Assembly: GCA_900554465.1 (NCBI GenBank)
Contig: USHF01000001.1
Span: 1 to 51,223, forward strand
Source of the DNA: an uncultured Collinsella sp.
Lineage (GTDB): Bacteria; Actinomycetota; Coriobacteriia; Coriobacteriales; Coriobacteriaceae
Length of the DNA stretch: 51,223 nt
Reading direction: 5' to 3'
Position 1 is the first letter of the stretch; each line of letters begins with the position of its first letter. The translations under genes and the position numbers were made by a program. Positions 8,737 through 18,775 of the stretch are shown here, in pieces. A model generated the notes under the pieces. That model was not told the origin of the DNA. It saw only the letters and a program-made list of their open reading frames with translations, and searched no databases.

Positions 8737-10197
8737 TTAGCGCACCTGAGCGACGTAAGCGACGTTGGTCGAGGAGACCTTGTCCTCGAGCTGAACACTC
8801 ATGCGGGGATCGCCGGCGGTAGCGACGGTCAGATCGCCGGCCTCGACGTAGCCGAGCTCCTTAGCGGTCTCGATCGCCTTGACGATCGTGCCGTTGACGG
8901 TGCCCTGGGTAATCTCGGCCTGGTGCGGGATAACGCCCCAGTACATGATCATCTGCTGGACGGCCCACTCGTGGCGGGAGAACGCGCAGATCGGCATGTT
9001 GGGACGGAAGTGCGAGATCAGGCGAGCGGTACGACCGGTGGTCGTCGGCACGGTGATGCACTTGGCGCCAACGGTGGTGGCCATGTTCACAGCGGACATA
9101 CCCACAACGTTGTTGACGACGCGGGTGCCGTGAGCATCGGCCGGAACCTCGAGCGGAGCGTGGGCCGGGAGGTACTTCTCGGTCTCGAGAGCAATGCTGG
9201 CCTGCATCTTGACGGCCTCGACCGGGTACTTACCGGCAGCGGACTCGCCGGACAGCATGACGGCGTCGGTGCCGTCATAAATGGCGTTAGCAACGTCGGC
9301 AACCTCGGCGCGCGTCGGGCGCGGGTTCTGCTGCATGGAGTCGAGCATCTGCGTAGCGGTGATAACGGGCTTGTAGGCCGCGTTGCACTTGGCGATGATC
9401 TCCTTCTGGATGTGCGGAACGAGCTCGGGCTTGATCTCGATACCCAGGTCGCCACGGGCGACCATGATGCCGTCGGAAGCCTCGAGAATCTCGTCGAAGT
9501 TCTCGACGCCCAAGGCGCACTCGATCTTCGGGAAGATCGTCACGTGCTCGCCGCCGTTCTCGCGGCAAAGCTCGCGGATGCCGCGGACGGACTCGCCGTC
9601 ACGGATGAAGGAAGCGGCGATGTAGTCGATGTTCTCGGTCAGGCCAAAGAGGATGTCCTGACGATCGCGCTCGGTGATGGCGGGCAGCGAGATGTTGACG
9701 TTGGGCATGTTGACGCCCTTGCGCTCGCCGATCAGGCCGTCGTTCTTAACGACGCAGGTCATGTCCTGGCCACTGACGGACTCGACCTCGAGGGCAACCA
9801 GGCCGTCATCGATCAGGATGAGGGAGCCCTTCTCGACCTCGGAAGGCAGAGCCAGGTAGTCGAGGGAGATGTGCTCAGCGGTGCCGTGGAAATCCTCGGA
9901 CGTGGGCTGAGCGGTGACGACGATCTTATCGCCGGTCTTGACGGCAACCTTCTTGCCGTCGACCAGAAGGCCGGTGCGGACCTCGGGGCCCTTGGTGTCG
10001 AGCAGGATGCCGACAGGCAGACCGAGCTCCTTGGAAATACGGCGGACGCGCTCGATGCGACCGTGGTGCTCGTCGTAGGAGCCGTGCGAGAAGTTAAAAC
10101 GGGCGACGTTCATGCCCGCCTTGATCATCTCGCGGATGGTCTCGTCGCTATCGCAGGCGGGACCCATGGTGCATACAATCTTAGTGCGCTTGTACAT
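8737..10197 (-). CDS. pyk: Pyruvate kinase
   Basis: RTKIVCTMGPA, RFNFSHG, LDTKGPEVR, MVARGDLG, ATQMLDSM, MLSGESA. Confidence 0.98.
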   Translation of the reverse strand: MYKRTKIVCTMGPACDSDETIREMIKAGMNVARFNFSHGSYDEHHGRIERVRRISKELGLPVGILLDTKGPEVRTGLLVDGKKVAVKTGDKIVVTAQPTSEDFHGTAEHISLDYLALPSEVEKGSLILIDDGLVALEVESVSGQDMTCVVKNDGLIGERKGVNMPNVNISLPAITERDRQDILFGLTENIDYIAASFIRDGESVRGIRELCRENGGEHVTIFPKIECALGVENFDEILEASDGIMVARGDLGIEIKPELVPHIQKEIIAKCNAAYKPVITATQMLDSMQQNPRPTRAEVADVANAIYDGTDAVMLSGESAAGKYPVEAVKMQASIALETEKYLPAHAPLEVPADAHGTRVVNNVVGMSAVNMATTVGAKCITVPTTTGRTARLISHFRPNMPICAFSRHEWAVQQMIMYWGVIPHQAEITQGTVNGTIVKAIETAKELGYVEAGDLTVATAGDPRMSVQLEDKVSSTNVAYVAQVR

Positions 10198-10522
10198 TCA
10201 GACCTCCATCTGACATCGTCTTGCGCTGATAGATAAACCATAAGAAATAAAACCGAGATGATTATAACGAAATGCCGACCGAATACCCCAAAAAATCGAC
10301 CGTATGCCGAAATGGAAGTTCATTTTTTGCGGGAAAAACGGTATATGAAAAATCTTTACCAACCACTCCAACCGCTGCTATCTGGGCGATATGTCAGTTT
10401 GGCGATGTGCCGAAGAAAAAACGTTTTACCAATGTTGAGCATCACACGGTCTGCACCGTTGCGTGCGGACCATATTTCCAAACCGATTGTTTTGGCTAGA
10501 CGCGTCGCTTTGGGGTACCATA

Positions 10523-10632
10523 GCTCCACTATCAACTGCCGCTCAGCACGGCAGCCTTGATGAGCCCTTGCCCTTCTCCTGGGAATTATGATCGGGCATC
10601 AATCTGCTGAGTGGCCCGAATCCCAGGAGGGG
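10523..10632 (+). promoter_or_regulatory. Candidate structured 5' leader (riboswitch-like, kissing loop, RBS-sequestering) of the P-type ATPase
   Basis: Hairpin 1 loop CTCAGCA (10542-10548) is the exact complement of TGCTGAG (10605-10611) in the loop of hairpin 2, whose 3' arm contains the RBS AGGAGGGG. Confidence 0.55.
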
Positions 10633-10639
10633 ACTCTAT

Positions 10640-13321
10640 ATGCAAAAGGAATACCTGTCCGCCGCGGCGGAGGTGCTCAGCGACCAAGGTGTCGATGAGA
10701 ACCTCGGCCTGAGCAACGACGAGGCGTCGTCGCGCCTCGCCAAGACAGGCCCTAACAAGCTCGAGGAAGCTGAGAAGACGCCGCTGTGGAAGCGTTTCTT
10801 TGAACAGATGGCTGACCCTATGGTCATCATGCTGATCGTTGCCGCCGTCATCAGTGCGCTCACGGGCATGGTCAAGGGCGAGCCCGACTTTGCCGATGTT
10901 GCCATCATCATGTTCGTCGTTATCGTCAACTCGGTGCTGGGCGTGGTCCAGGAAGCCAAGAGCGAGGAGGCCCTCGAGGCCCTGCAGGAGATGAGTGCGG
11001 CGCAGTCCAAGGTGCTACGCGACGGCAAGCTCGTGCACCTGCCGAGCGCCGAGCTCGTGCCCGGCGACGTGATCATGCTCGAGGCGGGCGACTCCGTTCC
11101 GGCCGACTGCCGCGTGCTCGAGAGCGCCACGATGAAGATCGAAGAGGCCGCGCTCACCGGCGAGTCCGTGCCCGTCGAGAAGCATGCCAACGTGATCGAG
11201 CTCGCCGCCGGCACCGACGACGTGCCGCTCGGCGACCGTAAGAACATGTGCTATATGGGCTCCACCGTCGTGTACGGCCGTGGTCGCGCCGTCGTGGTCG
11301 GCACCGGCATGAACACCGAGATGGGCAAGATCGCCGGCGCCCTGGCCGAGGCCAAGGAAGAGCTCACGCCGCTGCAGGTGAAGCTCGCCGAGCTCAGCCG
11401 CATCCTCACCATCATGGTGATCGTCATCTGCGTCGTCATCTTTGGCGTTGACATCCTCCGCCACGGCGTGGGCAACGTCCTTACCGATCCGACTGCCCTG
11501 CTCGACACCTTTATGGTTGCCGTCTCGCTCGCCGTCGCCGCCATCCCCGAGGGCCTTGTTGCCGTCGTGACCATCGTCCTTTCGCTTGGCGTGACCAAGA
11601 TGGCCAAGCGCCAGGCGATTATCCGCAAGCTCTCTGCTGTCGAGACCCTTGGCTGCACACAGACCATCTGCTCCGACAAGACCGGCACCCTTACCCAGAA
11701 TAAGATGACCGTCGTCAAGCACGAGCTCGCTGCGCCCAAGGAGAAGTTCCTGGCCGGCATGGCGCTGTGCTCCGATGCTCAGTGGGACGAGGAGCTGGGC
11801 GAGGCCGTGGGTGAGCCGACTGAGTGTGCGCTCGTCAACGATGCCGGCAAGGCGGGCCTCACTGGCCTGACTGCCGAGCACCCGCGCGTGGGCGAGGCCC
11901 CGTTTGACTCGGGCCGCAAGATGATGTCCGTGGTCGTCGAGACCCTTGACGGCGAGTATGAGCAGTACACCAAGGGCGCGCCCGACGTGGTGATCGGCCT
12001 GTGCACCCATATCTACGAGGGCGATAAGGTCGTCCCCCTGACCGAGGAGCGTCGCGCCGAGCTCGTGGCCGCCAACAAGGCCATGGCCGACGAGGCCCTG
12101 CGCGTGCTGGCGCTGGCAAGCCACACCTACACCGAGGTCCCGGTCGACTGCAGCCCCGCCGCGCTCGAGCATGACCTGGTCTTCTGCGGCCTGTCCGGCA
12201 TGATCGACCCGGTCCGCCCCGAGGTCGCCGAAGCCATCCGCGAGGCCCACGACGCTGGCATTCGCACCGTCATGATCACGGGCGACCACATCGACACCGC
12301 CGTGGCCATCGCCAAGCAGCTGGGCATCGTCACCGATCGCAGCCATGCCATCACCGGTGCCGACCTCGATCGCATGAGCGACGAGGAGCTCGACGCGCAC
12401 ATCGAGGACTACGGCGTGTACGCCCGCGTCCAGCCCGAGCACAAGACCCGCATCGTCGAGGCCTGGAAGTCGCGTGACCAGATCGTGGCCATGACGGGCG
12501 ATGGCGTCAACGACGCCCCGTCCATCAAGCGCGCCGACATCGGCGTGGGCATGGGCATCACCGGTACCGATGTCACCAAGAACGTCGCCGACATGGTACT
12601 TGCCGACGACAATTTCGCCACCATCATCGGTGCCTGCGAAGAGGGCCGTCGCATCTACGACAACATCCGCAAGGTCATCCAGTTCCTGCTTTCGGCCAAC
12701 CTTGCCGAGGTCTTCTCGGTGTTTATCGCCACGCTCATCGGCTTTACCATCTTCCAGCCGGTGCAGCTGCTGTGGGTGAACCTGGTTACCGACTGCTTCC
12801 CTGCGCTCGCGCTGGGCATGGAGGACGCCGAGGGCGACATCATGAAGCGCAAGCCGCGCAACGCCAAGGATGGTGTCTTTGCCGGACATATGGGTCTGGA
12901 CTGCGTGGTCCAGGGCCTAATCATCACCGTGCTGGTGCTGGCGAGCTTCTTTGTGGGCGTGTACTTTGACATGGGCTACATCCACATCGCCGATATGATC
13001 GCCGGCAATGCCGACGAGGAAGGCGTGATGATGGCCTTCATCACGCTCAACATGGTCGAGATTTTCCACTGCTTCAATATGCGCAGCCGTCGTGCGTCGC
13101 TGTTCACCATGAAGAAGCAGAACAAGTGGCTGTGGGCTTCCGCCGCGCTGGCGCTGGTGCTGACGGTGATCGTAACCGTGCAGCCGACGCTTGCTGAGAT
13201 GTTCTTTGGCCCCGTAACGCTTGAGCTCAAGGGCGTTGTCGCTGCCCTGGGCCTTGCCTTCCTGATTATTCCGCTGATGGAGATCTACAAGGCGATCATG
13301 CGCGCGGTCGAGAAGGAGTAA
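10640..13321 (+). CDS. Cation-translocating P-type ATPase (P2A, Ca2+-ATPase-like)
   Basis: TGES, PEGL, DKTGT phosphorylation site, KGAP, GDGVNDAP, LWVNLVTD. Confidence 0.95.
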   Translation: MQKEYLSAAAEVLSDQGVDENLGLSNDEASSRLAKTGPNKLEEAEKTPLWKRFFEQMADPMVIMLIVAAVISALTGMVKGEPDFADVAIIMFVVIVNSVLGVVQEAKSEEALEALQEMSAAQSKVLRDGKLVHLPSAELVPGDVIMLEAGDSVPADCRVLESATMKIEEAALTGESVPVEKHANVIELAAGTDDVPLGDRKNMCYMGSTVVYGRGRAVVVGTGMNTEMGKIAGALAEAKEELTPLQVKLAELSRILTIMVIVICVVIFGVDILRHGVGNVLTDPTALLDTFMVAVSLAVAAIPEGLVAVVTIVLSLGVTKMAKRQAIIRKLSAVETLGCTQTICSDKTGTLTQNKMTVVKHELAAPKEKFLAGMALCSDAQWDEELGEAVGEPTECALVNDAGKAGLTGLTAEHPRVGEAPFDSGRKMMSVVVETLDGEYEQYTKGAPDVVIGLCTHIYEGDKVVPLTEERRAELVAANKAMADEALRVLALASHTYTEVPVDCSPAALEHDLVFCGLSGMIDPVRPEVAEAIREAHDAGIRTVMITGDHIDTAVAIAKQLGIVTDRSHAITGADLDRMSDEELDAHIEDYGVYARVQPEHKTRIVEAWKSRDQIVAMTGDGVNDAPSIKRADIGVGMGITGTDVTKNVADMVLADDNFATIIGACEEGRRIYDNIRKVIQFLLSANLAEVFSVFIATLIGFTIFQPVQLLWVNLVTDCFPALALGMEDAEGDIMKRKPRNAKDGVFAGHMGLDCVVQGLIITVLVLASFFVGVYFDMGYIHIADMIAGNADEEGVMMAFITLNMVEIFHCFNMRSRRASLFTMKKQNKWLWASAALALVLTVIVTVQPTLAEMFFGPVTLELKGVVAALGLAFLIIPLMEIYKAIMRAVEKE

Positions 13322-13333
13322 GTTAACCTGTCC

Positions 13334-13422
13334 GGGCCCGCCCCTGCGTGTTTTCTTCTTCGCTGGTCCTCGCGCTTCGCGCTGCGGGATCGCTCAGAAG
13401 AAAACACTCCCGGGGTGGGCCC
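13334..13422. repeat. Long imperfect palindrome (REP-like) after the ATPase stop codon
   Basis: GGGCCCGCCCC..GTGTTTTCTTCT...AGAAGAAAACAC..GGGGTGGGCCC arms with inner CGCGCTTCGCG. Confidence 0.65.
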
Positions 13423-13657
13423 TACGGTATCCTTACTGGCTTTTCTCCCGCGCGGATGAAAAAGGGCTGAGGGAAAGAAGGTGAGCGGCCGAGCAATTGC
13501 TCGGCCGCTCGTTTTGAATAAAGGATGTGCCCTTTGGAAACCCCTCTCGGCGGGCGGGCCCTGCGGTGACGTTGCTGACTTTTCTCCCGTGTGGATGATA
13601 AAGGCTGAGGGAAAGTGTGTGGGTCGGTCGAGCATTTGCTCGACCGACTCATTTTTG
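13417..13657 (+). repeat. Two imperfect ~100-bp direct repeats (period 139 bp), each ending in a hairpin plus T-tract
   Basis: Copies at 13417-13516 and 13556-13657 share GGGCCCTRCGGT, CTTTTCTCCCGYGYGGATGA, GGCTGAGGGAAAG and CGAGCAWTTGCTCG. Confidence 0.8.
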
Positions 13658-13704
13658 TGGGAAAATACCTGCTCAGTTGTGATTTATGGTGCTGGGAGGC
13701 GCTT

Positions 13705-14889
13705 GTGGGCAAGGCTAAGGCTAAGGCGAAGAAAAAGACGACGGGGGCGCGGGCTAAGCGCGATCGTCGTCGGAAGCTCGCGACCGAAGCCCCTGCATCT
13801 GCTGAGGAATTGCTGGCGAGTGTACCGGGGCTTGACGCGCTGCAGGATGTTCCGGCGTTTGATGACCTGCCGGTCGATGAAGCTCAGCAGACTGCCTTTG
13901 ATGATTTCTGCGCACATGCCGAGGGGCCCGAGCAGATGCAGCTTGGCGCCGTGGTGCGCCTGGACCGCGGGTTTCCGCTGGTGGCGACTGCCGATGACAC
14001 GTTTCGTGCCGAGCATGCCGTGGGGTTTGCCAAGTCGCGCGGCGAGGACGAGGTCCTGCTGCCTGCCGTGGGCGACCGTGTGGCGGTGCGCCGCGCTCCC
14101 GGGCACGATATGGGCGTGATTGAGTGCGTGCTGCCGCGCCGTACGAGCTTTGAGCGTTGGCGTGGCCGTGCCCGCGGTGAGCGCCAGGTGCTCTGCTCCA
14201 ACGTTGACAGCGTGCTGATCGTGCAGGCGCTCGGCGCCGGCGAGGTGCTGCTCGATCGCGTGGCGCGCTCACTGGTATTGGCGCTCGATTGCGATGCCGA
14301 GCCGGTGGTGGTGCTCACCAAGGCCGACCGCTGCGAGGCCGATGAGCTCGAGCGCGATCTGGACCGCGTGCGTCGTCTGGTGGGTCCGGACGTGCGCGTG
14401 ATCGTGACGTCTTCTGCCGAGGGCCGCGGTCTGGACGAGGTCCGTGCCTGCGTGCCTGCCGGGAGCTGCGCCATGATTCTGGGCGAGTCGGGTGCCGGCA
14501 AGTCGACGCTGCTCAATGCACTGCTGGGCCACGATACGTTGGCGACCGGCGGTGTGCGCGAACGCGACGACCAGGGCCGTCACACTACCGTCGCGCGCGT
14601 GATGGTGGCGCTGCCGGGCGACGCCGGCGTGATCGCCGATGCCCCGGGTCTGCGCAGTTTGCCGCTCGTGGGTCACGAGCGGGGTCTGGCACGCGCCTTC
14701 CCCGAGATTGTCGAGGCATCGCGTGCGTGCCGGTTTGGCGACTGCACGCATACCCACGAACCGGGTTGCGCCGTTCGCGAGGCCGAGGACGCCGGGCAGA
14801 TCGACGGCCTGCGTCTGGAAACGTTCCAAAATCTGGCGTCATCCATGCGCGTGAGCGCTCAAATGCTCGATCCCGATGTCCATCTGTAA
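13705..14889 (+). CDS. rsgA: Ribosome small subunit-dependent GTPase A
   Basis: Circularly permuted GTPase: AVGD, TKAD, GESGAGKSTL, GRHTT, DAPG, Zn finger CRFGDCTHTHEPGC; GTG start after GGGAGG. Confidence 0.95.
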   Translation: MGKAKAKAKKKTTGARAKRDRRRKLATEAPASAEELLASVPGLDALQDVPAFDDLPVDEAQQTAFDDFCAHAEGPEQMQLGAVVRLDRGFPLVATADDTFRAEHAVGFAKSRGEDEVLLPAVGDRVAVRRAPGHDMGVIECVLPRRTSFERWRGRARGERQVLCSNVDSVLIVQALGAGEVLLDRVARSLVLALDCDAEPVVVLTKADRCEADELERDLDRVRRLVGPDVRVIVTSSAEGRGLDEVRACVPAGSCAMILGESGAGKSTLLNALLGHDTLATGGVRERDDQGRHTTVARVMVALPGDAGVIADAPGLRSLPLVGHERGLARAFPEIVEASRACRFGDCTHTHEPGCAVREAEDAGQIDGLRLETFQNLASSMRVSAQMLDPDVHL

Positions 14890-14906
14890 TTGATTTTATC
14901 TATGAC

Positions 14907-14941
14907 AGCCGTCTCCCAACTGTTCGGGAGACGGCTTTTTT
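14907..14941 (+). terminator. Intrinsic terminator after rsgA
   Basis: AGCCGTCTCCC-loop-GGGAGACGGCT followed by a T-run. Confidence 0.85.
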
Positions 14942-15141
14942 GCTGCGGAAAAGCCTCGAAACATGCAGTTTGCTGACGTGCTGGCCAAAACCTTGTCACG
15001 AGCTTGACGGGCTGTTCAGCTTTTGGTCAGCGATTGGTTTGACATCGAAAACCAAGATTGCGATTGCGCCGCTTTGCACTCTGGCCGCCCAGACAATGGT
15101 GGTACGGGCATTCGCCCGGCACTGCCATGAGAGGAGCGGCC

Positions 15142-15801
15142 GTGAACAAGAGCAAGCGCATCGCCATCAGTCTGGTCGCGGGCGTGCTCGCTGCTCTGCT
15201 CTGCATGGTTTACGGCTCGTCGATCCGCTCGCAAGCCGAACAGGTCCAGGCTGAGACCTTGGCCAAGTACGGTGGCGATCGCGTCGAGGTATGCGTCGCG
15301 GCGCGCGATATCGATGTGGGCGAGACCCTCGATGAGACCAATGTCATAACCCAGGAGTGGTTGACGAGTCTGCTGCCGCGTGACGCGGCGACCGAGCTAC
15401 GCCAGGTGCGCGGCGACGTGACGACTTCGCGTATTCCCAAAAACGCCGTGATCTGCAATGTCTACACCAAGGCCGAGAGCCACATGCTCGAGGTGCCTAA
15501 GGGCAAGGTCGCCGTTTCGGTGGCGGTCGATGCCGAGCACTCGGTCGGCGGTGCTGCGGGCGTGGGCAGCTACGTGGATGTGTACGTGCAAAAAGACGGC
15601 GTAACCGATCGGCTGTGCGGCGCGTACGTGATCGATACCAGTGAGGATTCCGGTGCCACGCGTGAAGGCAAGATCGAATGGGTGACACTGGCGGCTGACC
15701 CCGAAGACGTCAAGGAACTGCTGGGAGCCTCGGGCAAGGGAACGGTCAGCTTGACGATTCCCGCCACGGCGCGCGGCAAAAAGAGCGGAGGCGACGAGTG
15801 A
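15142..15801 (+). CDS. cpaB: Flp pilus assembly protein CpaB/RcpC (SAF domain)
   Basis: N-terminal TM helix, VAARDI..G SAF motif, VPKGKVAVSV...GSYVDV; first gene of the tad operon. Confidence 0.82.
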   Translation: MNKSKRIAISLVAGVLAALLCMVYGSSIRSQAEQVQAETLAKYGGDRVEVCVAARDIDVGETLDETNVITQEWLTSLLPRDAATELRQVRGDVTTSRIPKNAVICNVYTKAESHMLEVPKGKVAVSVAVDAEHSVGGAAGVGSYVDVYVQKDGVTDRLCGAYVIDTSEDSGATREGKIEWVTLAADPEDVKELLGASGKGTVSLTIPATARGKKSGGDE

Positions 15802-17450
15802 TGAAGGCGATCTGGCTTGCGTGCTGCGCGTGCGGCGATTACGGGCTGTTGCAGCGGGAAGTCGAGGGCCGTGATGCGGGTGCACAGGTGCTTCGCGTGG
15901 GTGACCTGGACGGGCTGGTTTCCATGGCGCGGGCGTTTCCGTCGCGCCGCGGGGCTGCCATCATCGCGGCGTCTCTGTTTGATACCGAAGATGTTCGCAA
16001 GACTGTTGCGCGCCTGACGGCCGAAGGCCGCGTGAGTCGCGTGGTCGTGTTGATAGAAGCGCTCGATCCGTCGGATATCGAGGGGCTGTTTCGCGCGGGG
16101 GCGACCGAGGTCATCGCTGCGCACAGTATATGCGGCAACGGGCGCGCGGGCGAGGGAGCGGTTGATTCCGATCGGCGCATGACGATTGAGCCCGATGCTT
16201 TTGTTGATAGGGAACCCGGGGCGCCTCGCGCTACAAGAGGCCCGCGTGTTGATGATTATGGAAAAGCGGAAGCCGAGCATGGTCGGCGCCCCCGGAACCC
16301 CCTTGTATACGATGACGCTGGAGGGCCGTCGCAGCATGCTGGCGACTCCCCGGCTGTAGATATGGGATACGTGCACGGCGTGAATCTGGCGGATGAACTC
16401 GACGAAGTTGAGGGCTTTGCCGGGTGCGGCGAGTTGTCGCCGATGCAGCATGAGCAGATTGCACAGAACGAGCCTGCCTCGCAGACCGAACAAGCTGCCA
16501 TGCCGGCTTGGACGCAGCGTGTGGTTGCGGCGGGGGAGACGGGGACGCTGTCATCGACGCCCGCCCCGCCGCTTCAGATGCCGCCGGCAGACGCCGCCGC
16601 ACCGCCGCATCGAGCTCCGGTCATCTGCGCCATTTCGGGTTCGGGCGGTTGCGGCAAGTCGACGATTGTTGCCACCATGGCACACACATCGTCGCTGTTG
16701 GGCTTGCGTGCCGCCGTGCTCGACCTGGACCTGATGTTTGGAAACCTTTACGACTTGTTAGGCGTCGATGCTCCGCGCGATATGGCGGCACTTATCGAGC
16801 CGTCGGCGGCGGGCGTGCTCGCCGAGCCGGATATCGTAGCCGCTTCGATGCGCGTGGCGCCGGGCGTTACGCTCTGGGGTCCCGTCGCGGCGCCCGAGCA
16901 AGCCGAGCTCATGGCACGTCCGGTGGAGCTACTGCTTGATGTCCTGCGTCGCGAATCCGACGTGGTCTTTATCGATACCTCGGTCTTTTGGGGCGACGCC
17001 GTGGCGGCTGCGGTGGCAGCGAGCGACCGTTGCCTGGTCGTTGGCGATGCGGCGGTGTCGTCCGCGACATCGGCGTCGCGCGTCATTGAACTGGCAAGTC
17101 GAGTAGGTGTGCCGCGCACGCGCATGAGCGCCGTGTTCAACCGGTTCGGTGCGCGCGGGGCAGACGAGGACGTCGCCATGCGCTTTGAGATTGCCTGTGC
17201 GTTGAGCTCCAAGATTCGTATCGCCGATGGCGGGCAGGATCTCGCCGCGCTCATGGCGTTTGGGCGCGCTGACGAGGCAGTGGGGCAGACCAGCGCTTTT
17301 GCGACCAGCGTGCGCGAGGCCACGCGCGAGATGCTCGTGGAACTGGGGTGCGCCGTCGGTCCTTGGAGCGATATGGTCGCCGACCGTGCAACACGCACCG
17401 AACGCCCGCGTATTCGCCTTCCCTGGTCGCGCGAGGGTGATCAGCGATGA
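15798..17450 (+). CDS. CpaE/TadZ-like MinD/ParA-family ATPase
   Basis: Degenerate receiver-like N-terminus, acidic/Pro-rich linker, SGSGGCGKST, LDLDLMFG. Confidence 0.8.
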   Translation: MMKAIWLACCACGDYGLLQREVEGRDAGAQVLRVGDLDGLVSMARAFPSRRGAAIIAASLFDTEDVRKTVARLTAEGRVSRVVVLIEALDPSDIEGLFRAGATEVIAAHSICGNGRAGEGAVDSDRRMTIEPDAFVDREPGAPRATRGPRVDDYGKAEAEHGRRPRNPLVYDDAGGPSQHAGDSPAVDMGYVHGVNLADELDEVEGFAGCGELSPMQHEQIAQNEPASQTEQAAMPAWTQRVVAAGETGTLSSTPAPPLQMPPADAAAPPHRAPVICAISGSGGCGKSTIVATMAHTSSLLGLRAAVLDLDLMFGNLYDLLGVDAPRDMAALIEPSAAGVLAEPDIVAASMRVAPGVTLWGPVAAPEQAELMARPVELLLDVLRRESDVVFIDTSVFWGDAVAAAVAASDRCLVVGDAAVSSATSASRVIELASRVGVPRTRMSAVFNRFGARGADEDVAMRFEIACALSSKIRIADGGQDLAALMAFGRADEAVGQTSAFATSVREATREMLVELGCAVGPWSDMVADRATRTERPRIRLPWSREGDQR

Positions 17451-18775
17451 GCCTGCAAACGAGGATTAAGGCTGCCGGCGCTGCAGCGACGGCAGCGCCT
17501 GTAGATGCGGGGCGTCGCCGCGCGGTGAAACGACGCACCAAGCGCGCCGTAATGGACCGCATGGGTTACGACGAAGTGGCGCGTATCAGCGCCTATATCG
17601 ACCCGGCACTTGCCCGCTCGGAATTGCGTCCCGCGGTGGAGGCGGCGCTCAATGTTGAGGAGCCGACCGATCTCGCGACGCCCGAGCGCGAGACCATCAT
17701 CGACGAGATTTTGGATGATGTGGTGGGCTTGGGGCCGTTGCAGCCGCTCATCGAGGACGACACCGTTACCGAGATCATGATCAACGGCTGCCGCTCGGCT
17801 TTCTTTGAACGCGGCGGCGTTTTGTATCCCATCGAGCACGCGTTTGAGGACGACGAGCAGATCCGTGTGCTCATCGACCGCATCATCTCGCCGCTCGGCC
17901 GTCGTATCGACGAGCGTAGCCCCATCGTCAACGCCCGCCTCAAGACGGGTTATCGCGTCAACGCGGTGATTCCGCCTGTGGCGATTGACGGACCGATTCT
18001 CACCATCCGAAAGTTCTCGGACCGCATCTGCTCGCTGGACGAGCTCGTGGGGCTGGGGTCGCTGCCGCTTTGGTATGCGCAGCTGCTGTCGTGCGCGGTG
18101 TCGCTGCGACAGGACCTGGCGGTTGCGGGAGGCACGGGATCTGGTAAGACCACCCTGCTCAACGCGTTGTCATGCGAGATTTCCACCGGCGAGCGCATCG
18201 TGACGATCGAGGACTCTGCCGAGCTCAAGTTTGCACATCATCCGCACGTGGTGCGACTAGAGGCGCGCGAGGCTTCAATTGAGGGTGAGGGCGCGGTGAC
18301 GATCCGCGACCTGGTAACTAATGCCCTGCGCATGCGCCCCGACCGCATCGTGGTGGGCGAGGTGCGCGGTGCCGAGTGCTGCGACATGTTGCAGGCCATG
18401 AACACGGGCCACGATGGGTCGCTCACCACACTTCATGCGGGTTCAGAACAGGAGACCGTGGTGCGTCTGACGTTGCTTGCACGTTATGGCATCGATCTGC
18501 CGAGTGAGCTCATCGAGGAGCAGATCGCCATGGCGCTCGACGGCATCGTGATGTCCGAGCGCCACGCCGATGGCAGGCGCTTTGTGGCCTCATATTCGGG
18601 GGTTCACCGCGGCGTGTCGGGCGGTGTTGAGCTCGAACGCTATGTGACTTTCGATGCTGCCGAGCGCATCTGGACGCTCGACCGCGAGCCGCCGTTTATC
18701 GCAGAAGGCCTGCGGTCGGGGACGCTCACACAAGAGGAGGTGGACGAATGGAGATCACTGTGCCCCTCGTCGTAG
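17447..18775 (+). CDS. cpaF: Tad secretion ATPase CpaF/TadA
   Basis: [54 protein letters not shown]. Confidence 0.95.
   Translation: MSLQTRIKAAGAAATAAPVDAGRRRAVKRRTKRAVMDRMGYDEVARISAYIDPALARSELRPAVEAALNVEEPTDLATPERETIIDEILDDVVGLGPLQPLIEDDTVTEIMINGCRSAFFERGGVLYPIEHAFEDDEQIRVLIDRIISPLGRRIDERSPIVNARLKTGYRVNAVIPPVAIDGPILTIRKFSDRICSLDELVGLGSLPLWYAQLLSCAVSLRQDLAVAGGTGSGKTTLLNALSCEISTGERIVTIEDSAELKFAHHPHVVRLEAREASIEGEGAVTIRDLVTNALRMRPDRIVVGEVRGAECCDMLQAMNTGHDGSLTTLHAGSEQETVVRLTLLARYGIDLPSELIEEQIAMALDGIVMSERHADGRRFVASYSGVHRGVSGGVELERYVTFDAAERIWTLDREPPFIAEGLRSGTLTQEEVDEWRSLCPSS

Noticed and set aside
10258..10560. Short ORFs and a LacI/cre-like AAAACGTTTT palindrome in the AT-rich pyk/ATPase intergenic region
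   Set aside because: The ORFs lack RBS and typical codon bias; the short palindrome is plausible by chance in AT-rich promoter DNA.
10500..10640. Assignment of the ATPase leader to yybP-ykoY or c-di-AMP (ydaO) riboswitches
   Set aside because: GGCCCGAATCC resembles part of ydaO, but I could not find the other conserved elements of either family by eye; left unassigned pending an Rfam scan.
13417..13657. Possible CRISPR array
   Set aside because: Only two long, imperfect copies, no regular repeat-spacer pattern and no cas genes.
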